Assembly (NCBI GenBank): GCA_040386535.1
Contig: JAZKFH010000037.1
Location: 1-10,329 of the forward strand
Source: Myxococcota bacterium
GTDB lineage: Bacteria; Myxococcota_A; UBA796; SXON01
Length of the DNA stretch: 10,329 bases
Direction of reading: 5' to 3'
Of the stretch, positions 1 through 6,135 are shown one piece after another; the stretch's first letter is position 1, and the number at the start of each line of letters is the position of its first letter. The position numbers and the translations under genes were made by a program. Below the pieces are notes generated by a model. It searched no databases, had not been told where the DNA came from, and saw only the letters and a list, made by a program, of their open reading frames with translations.

Positions 1-1
1 C

Positions 2-229
2 TCGTGTAACGGGGGCGCTCGGGCGGCTCAGGATGGGATCACCGGACGCCTACAGACGTTTCTTGGTGCTCTCGGGTTCGCTGCGGTCGCCAACTGGTTC
101 GTGTTCAAGGACGAGGCGGTGCGCCGATGGTGGGAGGCCCCAAGCCGCTCGCCGAGCCCCCGTCCCACCGGTACCCCGATCCGCGTAGATCTCGTTCGAG
201 GTACGATCGAGCGCCCCTCCACCGACTGA
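2..229 (+). CDS. Possible 3' end (or remnant) of an upstream gene, with a hydrophobic segment; no start within the window
   Basis: Frame 2 is open from the window edge to TGA at 227-229. It reads ...TFLGALGFAAVANWFVFKDEAVRRWWEA..., with G/C-ending codons from about position 71. The stop abuts the RBS of the next gene. Not in the ORF track and no family recognised. Confidence 0.3.
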   Translation, partial: SCNGGARAAQDGITGRLQTFLGALGFAAVANWFVFKDEAVRRWWEAPSRSPSPRPTGTPIRVDLVRGTIERPSTD

Positions 230-243
230 AAGGAGACCAACCC

Positions 244-546
244 ATGTCGTTCCAGGCCTACCTCGACACCATCGAGACCAAGACCGGACTCACTCCGCGC
301 GCCCTCGTCGCGATCGCCCACGAGAAGGGCTTCGACGCCCCCGGGACCAAGGCCGGCCAGGTGGTCGAGTGGCTCAAGGCCGACTTCGACATCGGCCGCG
401 GACACGCGATGGCCCTGTGGCACGTCATCCGGAACGGCCCCGGCATCAGCGGCAAGCACGTCGGCACCGACGGCGTGCACCGCGACGAGCGCGATGAGCT
501 GTGGCTCGACGGCGCTGCCACCAAGCCCGCCGACTGGGGCGGCTGA
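244..546 (+). CDS. DUF4287 domain-containing protein (100 aa)
   Basis: AAGGAG RBS at 230-235, then ATG at 244. The sequence MSFQAYLDTIETKTG...VVEWLKADFDIGRGHAMAL matches the DUF4287 pattern (SYxxxIExKTG...WLKxxxxLGxGHAxA) as I recall it. Strong GC3 bias. The track's start at 127 is an upstream extension. Confidence 0.88.
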   Translation: MSFQAYLDTIETKTGLTPRALVAIAHEKGFDAPGTKAGQVVEWLKADFDIGRGHAMALWHVIRNGPGISGKHVGTDGVHRDERDELWLDGAATKPADWGG

Positions 547-624
547 CGGGCACTCTGACATGACAAAGGCGCCGGCGGGGCGAGGCCCGTGGCGGCGGGC
601 ACCCCGCGCCAGGTGCCCGGAGGG

Positions 625-672
625 CGGCCGCGTCCGCGCGGCCGGTCCCGGTCGCGTCCGCGCGGCCGGACC
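625..672. repeat. Two tandem 24-bp copies of a GC-rich hairpin between convergent genes (REP-like / possible terminator)
   Basis: cggccgcgtccgcgcggccggtcc (625-648) and cggtcgcgtccgcgcggccggacc (649-672) are 22/24 identical. Each forms CGGYCGCG-tccg-CGCGGCCG. A further 8-bp stem, cgggcacc/ggtgcccg, lies at 596-619. Confidence 0.7.
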
Positions 673-743
673 GAGCGGCTCCGCCGCGAGCCTGAAGGGG
701 ACCGACCCGGCCCGCCCCGGGCCGGGAGGCGCCCAGGACGGAC

Positions 744-1943
744 CTACCCCGCCAGCCCCTCGCTGAGCGATCGCTCCAACGGCGTCCGGCACGTAGGGGT
801 CACCACCGCCCCCTCGATGCGGGCCTGGAGCTCGGCGGCCGCGCGTTCGGCGCGCGCGAGGACCTCGGTGCCACGGTCCGCGAGCACGGCGATCCGGATC
901 TCGCCCGTCGGGGCGACCGCCCAGCCGCCGATGACCTCGCCGTTCCACCACAAGGTCGGGCCGATGTTGCCGTTGCGGTCGAACAGGGGCGCGGGGTCGA
1001 CGGCGAGGAACCACTCGCGACGCTTCCAGCCCATCGAGGTGGGGTCGAGCGCCGGTAGCAGCGTGACCGTCGGGTCGGGTGCGGGCAGGTCGAGCTCCGC
1101 GATGACGGCGGGGTCGTCGAGCAGGAACGCCCGCTCGCCATCGAGGTCGACCTCGGTGATCGGAAGCCCGCTGAGCGCGGACTGGACGACGGTCTTGCTC
1201 CAGCCCGTCCACCACTCCAGGTCCGAAATCGGCGCCGGGCCGAACGCGACCAGCCACGCGCGGGCGAGCGCACGGCGGGCCAGCGCGGCGGACACGTCGG
1301 GGAGCCCGTCCGGCCACCACCGGTCCGGCGCCTCCCAACGGTGCTGACGCGCGGTCCAGGGGCCGGTGGCCGTGCCGCGCACCAGCTTGCCCTCGGTGCT
1401 CATCACGGTGAGCAAGGGGCTGGTCACGTTCTGGGGGAAGTCGGACGGCGCGCGCGGGGGGATGAACGTGCGCAGCCGCGGCTCGTCGGCGCTCAGCTGC
1501 AGGCCGGTCGCGGTGCCGCGGGCCAGGAGGGCGCGCTGCACGGCGTCTTCGACGCTGGACAGCCAGGCGCCGATGTCGCCGTCGATGGCCGGCTGGCTGC
1601 CGTTGAGCTCGAGCTGGCGTTCGAGGCGCTTCCGCAACGTGACGGCGAGCGGGCGGCTGACGGCGGCGTGCACGATCGGCACGGTCTCCCGCGGAAAGAC
1701 GAACAGCGTCCGCCGCATCGCCATCCACCGCACCAGGGTGCGGCGGCCGTACGTCGCGTCCAGGATCTCGGCCAGCGTGATGGCCCGGCCGCGAACGAGC
1801 GTCGACAAGAACACCGTCGCCGGGTCGGTCGCGTGCAGCCCGATGAGCGCCCGTGCGACCTGCTCCGGCGTGCCCGCGTCACCGCCCAGGTGGTGCCGCC
1901 GGGTGAGGAGGTCGCGTCGCTGTCTCGTCGAAATGGAGCGCAT
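744..1943 (-). CDS. AlkZ-like (HTH_42 winged-helix) DNA glycosylase family protein, H-x-T-D catalytic-motif variant (399 aa)
   Basis: Motifs GLHATDP (H37, nt 1824-1835), WMAMRRTLF, FGPAPISDLEWWTGW, LLPALDP and NGNIGPTLWWNGEVIGGW match the AlkZ/YcaQ family layout and length. ATG at 1943 was chosen because the longer start (2069) overlaps the operator and the tetR start. Confidence 0.88.
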   Translation of the reverse strand: MRSISTRQRRDLLTRRHHLGGDAGTPEQVARALIGLHATDPATVFLSTLVRGRAITLAEILDATYGRRTLVRWMAMRRTLFVFPRETVPIVHAAVSRPLAVTLRKRLERQLELNGSQPAIDGDIGAWLSSVEDAVQRALLARGTATGLQLSADEPRLRTFIPPRAPSDFPQNVTSPLLTVMSTEGKLVRGTATGPWTARQHRWEAPDRWWPDGLPDVSAALARRALARAWLVAFGPAPISDLEWWTGWSKTVVQSALSGLPITEVDLDGERAFLLDDPAVIAELDLPAPDPTVTLLPALDPTSMGWKRREWFLAVDPAPLFDRNGNIGPTLWWNGEVIGGWAVAPTGEIRIAVLADRGTEVLARAERAAAELQARIEGAVVTPTCRTPLERSLSEGLAG

Positions 1944-2005
1944 CACGGGCCGCCGAAGGAGAGAGGGGAGGGCATGGACCGGCTCGTAGCACGGGCACGA
2001 CAATA

Positions 2006-2043
2006 CGGAAACCTGTAGTTCCGAGACTGGCCAGTTTCGGAAC
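2006..2043. promoter_or_regulatory. Tandem inverted repeats, probable TetR operators in the divergent promoter
   Basis: GTTCCGAGACTGG|CCAGTTTCGGAAC (2018-2043) is a 26-bp palindrome with one mismatched pair. CGGAA-acctgtag-TTCCG (2006-2023) overlaps it. Both 18-bp cores start with CG and end AGTTYCG. They sit directly upstream of a TetR gene. Confidence 0.75.
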
Positions 2044-2050
2044 GATGGAG

Positions 2051-2056
2051 TATCAT
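2051..2056 (+). promoter_or_regulatory. -10 element (TATCAT) of a probable leaderless tetR transcript
   Basis: A TANNNT hexamer lies 6 nt upstream of ATG 2063, the spacing expected when transcription starts at the A of ATG. Confidence 0.55.
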
Positions 2057-2062
2057 GTCTCC

Positions 2063-2671
2063 ATGGCAACCGACGAAGAGCAGCCCGTACGGCTCGGCCG
2101 CAAGCGTGACCCTTCGCGGGACACCGCCATTCTCGACGCGGCGCTCGAGGTGCTCGCCGAGGTCGACTACGCGGGCATGACCATGGACATGGTGGCGGTG
2201 CGTGCGAAGGCGGGCAAGGCGACCGTGTACCGTCGCTGGGCGTCGAAGGAGGAGCTGGTGCTCGACGCGGTGGCGCGGATGGCGGAGCTCGAGGTTGGTC
2301 TCGGCCCCTTGCCCGACACCGGCACGTTCCGTGGCGACATGCTCGCGTTGTTCAAGCCCAACTCCATCGCGGACGAGCAGCGGAGGCTCACCGTGATGGC
2401 CGGCGTCCGATCGATGCTGGCGAGCCACCCGGGGTTCGCCGAGGCCGCGAACGCCGCGAGCGTGGGGCGATGGATCGAGGTCAATCGTGTGCTCATGCGG
2501 CGCGCGATCGACCGCGGAGAGGCCGACCCGAACGCCGATGTCGAGACGCTCGCGCAGGTCATCCCCTCCATGCTCGCGTACCGTGCCTCGATCGAGCGCA
2601 AGCCGGTCGGCACGGGCTTCATCGTCGCGTTGATCGACGGGATCTTGATCCCGGCGCTGCGAAAGAACTGA
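2063..2671 (+). CDS. TetR/AcrR family transcriptional regulator (202 aa; TetR_C_11-like C-terminus)
   Basis: N-terminal HTH: GRKRDPSRDTAILDAALEVLAEVDYAGMTMDMVAVRAKAGKATVYRRWASKEELVLDA. C-terminal PDTGTFRGD and RAIDRGE motifs. An alternative start exists at 2045. Confidence 0.95.
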   Translation: MATDEEQPVRLGRKRDPSRDTAILDAALEVLAEVDYAGMTMDMVAVRAKAGKATVYRRWASKEELVLDAVARMAELEVGLGPLPDTGTFRGDMLALFKPNSIADEQRRLTVMAGVRSMLASHPGFAEAANAASVGRWIEVNRVLMRRAIDRGEADPNADVETLAQVIPSMLAYRASIERKPVGTGFIVALIDGILIPALRKN

Positions 2672-2752
2672 GCTGCCGATCCGGTAGCCGCTGAGTCAGT
2701 CCAAGTCAGGGCGCAATCCAAGCGCTGAACATCACCCACCCAGGGGAGAGTC

Positions 2753-3178
2753 ATGTCCGTACGTGTCACCAACCATCTCAACTTCCGTGGCCAGGCACGC
2801 GCCGCGCTGCGGTTCTACCAATCCGTCTTTGGCGGTGAGGTCACGATCGTCACCTACCAGGACGCCCACAATGTCCAGGACCCGGTGGAGGCGGAGCACG
2901 TCATGTGGGGCCAGGTCGAGGCCGCCACCGGCTTTCGGGTGATGGCCTACGATGTGCCGGCCCGGCTGCCGTTGGACCCGGGCACGAACGCGTTCTTCGT
3001 GTCCGTCCGCGGGGACTCGGCCGCGGAGATCCGCGAGCTCTGGGAGAAGCTCTCCGCGGGGGCGACCATCACGGTGCCGCTGGCGCCGTCGGGTTGGACC
3101 CCGCTCTACGGCATGCTCGTGGATCGTTTTGGTGTCACCTGGGTGCTGGACGTGGCGGTGGCGTACACGCAGGCTTGA
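2753..3178 (+). CDS. VOC superfamily protein, PhnB-like (141 aa)
   Basis: HLNFRGQARAALRFYQSVFGG...HVMWGQV...LWEKLSAGATITVPLAPSGWTPLYGMLVDRFGVTW is the PhnB/VOC pattern. GGGGAG RBS just upstream. Confidence 0.92.
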   Translation: MSVRVTNHLNFRGQARAALRFYQSVFGGEVTIVTYQDAHNVQDPVEAEHVMWGQVEAATGFRVMAYDVPARLPLDPGTNAFFVSVRGDSAAEIRELWEKLSAGATITVPLAPSGWTPLYGMLVDRFGVTWVLDVAVAYTQA

Positions 3179-3217
3179 AGCGGGGATGGAAGGGCCGCCG
3201 CGCAGCTGCTGCGCCGC

Positions 3218-3271
3218 GACCCGACAAATCGGGCGTCACTACCGGTCGTGAGGCGAGATTTGTCGGGTTTT
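3218..3271. repeat. 54-bp long palindromic repeat, copy 1 (REP-like; could act as an intrinsic terminator for the VOC gene)
   Basis: gACCCGACAAATC-gggcgtcactACCGGTcgtgaggcga-GATTTGTCGGGTttt has a 12-bp outer stem, an inner stem and dyad centre ACCGGT, and ends in a T-run. It starts 40 nt after the VOC stop. Confidence 0.85.
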
Positions 3272-3353
3272 CGCGTCGGATTTGACCATCGGCGCCAGCA
3301 CCAGCGCGGCGGTAACGGACGAAGGTCGACAATTCGTACGCATTCCCCTCGGG

Positions 3354-3407
3354 GACCCGACAGAACGGGCGTCAGTACCGGTCGTGACGCGAGATCTGTC
3401 GGGTTTT
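3354..3407. repeat. 54-bp long palindromic repeat, copy 2
   Basis: gacccgacagaacgggcgtcagtaccggtcgtgacgcgagatctgtcgggtttt is 49/54 identical to copy 1, in direct orientation, with a 136-bp period. Confidence 0.85.
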
Positions 3408-3567
3408 GGCGCTGGGAGTTTGGCGCCAGCTGGCCGCGGCCGAGCCGTGGCGAAGCTGACCGCGGCATTGGGCCATAGACACGGCACGCGCTACTCACCA
3501 AACGGAACTCGCCACGGAAACAGCCGGGGCGCATGGAGCCGCGCGGAGATGGAGCGCCCTGCATGGA

Positions 3568-3603
3568 CGCTTTGTGGCCGCTTTGTGGCCGCTTCGTGGC
3601 CGC
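3568..3603. repeat. Three tandem 11-bp direct repeats (CGCTTYGTGGC)
   Basis: cgctttgtggc (3568), cgctttgtggc (3579), cgcttcgtggc (3590), then a partial cgc. Confidence 0.85.
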
Positions 3604-3855
3604 GGTCCTCTCGCGCCCCGCCGCCCCGCGCCGGATGGGCAGGCACACCCGCGCCCGGCGTCGTCCTCCCAACCGTGTTTCCGCATCGCGGCGCCGCTCA
3701 GCGCGTGGTTCAGATGTCGCGCGTTCGAGGCGAATAAGTTCGTTTGGTGGACGTGGGCGCACGACGCGCCGGGGCGTGGTCGCGGCGCCCGGGCGGTTGC
3801 GAGATTCACGATTTGGGAGTCCCCTCGTGGCCCCCCTCCCGGGGAAGGAGGCTCG

Positions 3856-4836
3856 ATGAGAAAGATCCTGGCGTTGATGTTCGCGGTTGCCGCGTGCGGA
3901 CCACCCGATGACACCGACGCGCAGCCGGACACCGACACCGGCCCCGACCCCTACGACGGGGAGCCGGTCGCCCTCGCGACCACGGCGCTCGGCGGCGCCG
4001 CCATGTTCGGGGGCGGCGGCCTCGTCGTGGCGGACGGCTTTGTGGTCTGGTCCGACGCGCGGGGGGACATCCTCCGGGTGCCGATCGACGGCGGCGAGGT
4101 GACCACCGTGGTCGCCGGGCAGGGCAACGTGTTCGCCGTCACCGTGTCGGCGGAGCGGATCTGGTGGACCTCGATGGCCGGCGGGCTCCTGTCCACGGAC
4201 TTCGACGGGGCCGAGGTGGTGGAGCATGGCGGGATCTCGGGCCCCAATGCCCTCGCGGCCACCGACGAGGGCGTCGTCACGACAGCCATGGCCGGCGGCG
4301 TCTATGCGGTGTCCGCGCGCTCGGCGCCCGAGCTGATCTCGAGGGACGATCCGTGGTCGGCCGGCGTGGCGGTGGCCGGCGGTGACATCTATTGGGCCAA
4401 CCAGGGGGAGTTCCCCGATTGGGAGGGGCCGATCTGGAAGCTGGCGGACGGCGAGTCGCCGCGGGTCGCCTTCGCGGAGGCCCAGTCGAGCCCCACCGGC
4501 GTGGCGGTCCACGCGGGGTACGTCTGGTGGACGAACCGGGGCACCACCTCCACGCCCGGCAACCTGTCCCGCGCGCCGCTGGCGGGCGGCGCCGTGGAGG
4601 TGGTCGCGGCGGAACAGGCGGGCGCCGCGGGCATCGCGGCCGGGGGCGACTACGTGTGCTGGACGAACGAAAGTATGGACGATGTCCCGTCCGGCGCCGT
4701 CCGCTGCGCACCGGTGGCCGGCGGCGACCCCGTCGAGATCGCCACCGGTGACACGGTCGCGTCGGCGGTGGCGTGTGACGAGGAGGCCGTGTACTGGGGC
4801 GACGGGACCAACTTGTGGCGGAGCGTGTTGCCCTGA
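3856..4836 (+). CDS. Lipoprotein with about 7 YWTD-like beta-propeller repeats (326 aa)
   Basis: AAGGAGG RBS at 3845-3851. Signal peptide and lipobox MRKILALMFAVAA-C, followed by an acidic Pro/Asp/Thr linker. Repeats about 40 aa apart are centred on VVWSD, IWWTS, VVTTA, IYWAN, VWWTN, VCWTN and VYWGD. Confidence 0.85.
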   Translation: MRKILALMFAVAACGPPDDTDAQPDTDTGPDPYDGEPVALATTALGGAAMFGGGGLVVADGFVVWSDARGDILRVPIDGGEVTTVVAGQGNVFAVTVSAERIWWTSMAGGLLSTDFDGAEVVEHGGISGPNALAATDEGVVTTAMAGGVYAVSARSAPELISRDDPWSAGVAVAGGDIYWANQGEFPDWEGPIWKLADGESPRVAFAEAQSSPTGVAVHAGYVWWTNRGTTSTPGNLSRAPLAGGAVEVVAAEQAGAAGIAAGGDYVCWTNESMDDVPSGAVRCAPVAGGDPVEIATGDTVASAVACDEEAVYWGDGTNLWRSVLP

Positions 4837-4994
4837 GGGGGGACGGCCGCAGCGTAGGCGGCTCCCACTTCCCGGTCCACTCCGCTTTGGGTGAGGCGCT
4901 GATGCTTGGGAGCGATCACAGAACGCGCTGGGTGGACACGGACCTGACCCCCGCCGGGCTGGAGCTGAGCGCCGCCTTCCTGTGGAGCCCCTGG

Positions 4995-5172
4995 CTCGAG
5001 CAAGCCTCCGAAGGTCGTTCAGAGTGATGTCCCGGCCGGCCGCCAACGCAGCGACGACCTCGTCCCGAGGCAGCATTCCGCTGCGGAGAGCATCCATCAC
5101 GATCTCCCAAGCCCTTCCGAGCCGCCGCCCGGACTCCAGCTTGGCCGCCTTCTCGTGGAACTCGGGTGACAT
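4995..5172 (-). pseudogene. Possible 5' gene fragment (MSPEFHEKAAKLESGRRLGRAWEIVMDALRSG...)
   Basis: ATG lies 12 nt after the upstream stop, with GAGAG 6 nt before it. About 60 codons look protein-like, then the frame degrades into Arg/Pro/Gly-rich antisense-type sequence with no nearby stop. The end coordinate is approximate. Confidence 0.3.
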
Positions 5173-5184
5173 GCTGTGCTCTCG

Positions 5185-5580
5185 TTACTCCGGGTCGATC
5201 CGCTTCGCGCGCCGGCACGCGGGAACCTCGAGTCCGTGGAAGTTCTCGGCCTGGAAGTAGCGCGCCGCCGAGCGCCACTGCTCGGGCGTCTCGAGCCCGG
5301 AGACCTCGCGCGCGGCGGCGTCGAGCAGCGCCTCCGCCTGGGCGTGGGTGATCACGTCCGAGGACGGGATCTCCGGCACCTGGGCGAACGCCCAATTCGC
5401 GAGGTCGCGCCAGAGGGGGGAGCCCGACTCGCCGCGCGAACCATCGTCGTCGAGGCAAGCGCTGAGCTCCGCCTGGGTGAGCGCGGGGGGCTGCTCCTCC
5501 GGGCCCGAGGTGGGCGGGAAGAAGGAGGAACATCCAAGGATGACGGCGGTGACGACGAGAACGACGAGGGCGCGACGCAT
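5185..5580 (-). CDS. Hypothetical lipoprotein (131 aa)
   Basis: MRRALVVLVVTAVILG-C signal peptide with lipobox. Pro-rich linker, then a helical-looking domain with two more Cys. GC3-biased. No clear SD. Confidence 0.72.
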   Translation of the reverse strand: MRRALVVLVVTAVILGCSSFFPPTSGPEEQPPALTQAELSACLDDDGSRGESGSPLWRDLANWAFAQVPEIPSSDVITHAQAEALLDAAAREVSGLETPEQWRSAARYFQAENFHGLEVPACRRAKRIDPE

Positions 5581-5646
5581 GTGGATCCGGCGGTAGGCGG
5601 GCCTATCCACCGGCTCCGCGCGAACATGGGCAAGTATCGGCCTCGC

Positions 5647-6090
5647 TCAGCCGCCCTCGATGATCGCGACTTCGTCATGCCCGGAATGCCAGACCCCGGA
5701 CAGGGAGCAGCGGTCCCGAACGTCCTCGGGAACGTTTTCCATCATTCCCTCCCCGACGGAGCCACCCCCACCGCCCAGCGAGACGGAGACGACCTCTCCC
5801 TCGTCGATGCGAGCGGTGATCTCCCCGACGGTGCCGAGGTGTTGCTCGCGCCAGACGACGACTTGATCGCCCACCCGCAGGCATCCATCGACAACCGCAG
5901 CTGGGCCGGTGAGCAAGGCGTGCATGCTCAGGTCTGGCGACTCCCGATAGGTGAAGACCCACGCGCCGTCCATCTGGAGGGCCTCGACCTCAACGTCCTC
6001 GGGACCAGAAATGGTCGGCCCGCAAGCCGCACCAAGAGCGGCGATCCCGAGAATGACCAGGGGGCGAAACTGCGAGTGTTGGTTCGTCAC
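5647..6090 (-). CDS. Hypothetical lipoprotein (147 aa)
   Basis: GGAGGGAG RBS before the GTG start. PLVILGIAALGAA-C lipobox. The mature part has MHALLTG...DGCLRV...VVW...LGGG...C, with two Cys that could form a disulfide. Confidence 0.8.
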   Translation of the reverse strand: MTNQHSQFRPLVILGIAALGAACGPTISGPEDVEVEALQMDGAWVFTYRESPDLSMHALLTGPAAVVDGCLRVGDQVVVWREQHLGTVGEITARIDEGEVVSVSLGGGGGSVGEGMMENVPEDVRDRCSLSGVWHSGHDEVAIIEGG

Positions 6091-6135
6091 GGGCCTACTC
6101 CCTCCACCGAAGCGGATTCACCGAACTAACGGCTT

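Noticed and set aside
28..1728. 566-aa ORF on the - strand
   Set aside because: An alternative frame overlapping the glycosylase and antisense to DUF4287. Arg/Pro-rich with no recognisable domain.
2672..2723. Short hairpin (2672-2688) and hexamer repeats (agtcag, tccaag) between tetR and the VOC gene
   Set aside because: Too short to distinguish from chance and there is no T-tract, so neither a terminator nor an operator can be supported.
3218..3407. Mini CRISPR array (repeat-spacer-repeat)
   Set aside because: A 54-bp repeat and 82-bp spacer are outside usual CRISPR sizes, there are only two copies, the flanks are partly homologous, and no cas genes are present.
3282..3737. 151-aa + strand ORF in the repeat-rich intergenic region
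   Set aside because: TTG start with no RBS, weak codon bias, reads through palindromic and tandem repeats, and no recognisable domain.
3731..3742. CGAATAAGTTCG as a Gram-positive LexA (SOS) box
   Set aside because: The consensus is GAAC-N4-GTTC; here the left half-site is GAAT and the spacing is 2 nt.
3106..5172. 688-aa ORF on the - strand as a full gene
   Set aside because: Mostly antisense to the propeller lipoprotein and runs through the repeats. Only the first ~60 codons look coding and are reported separately.
6124..6130. GTTAGTT on the - strand between the vWA gene and the lipoprotein gene as an integron core site
   Set aside because: It does not fit GTTRRRY, there is no matching inverse core or attC hairpin, and similar sites are absent at the other gene boundaries.
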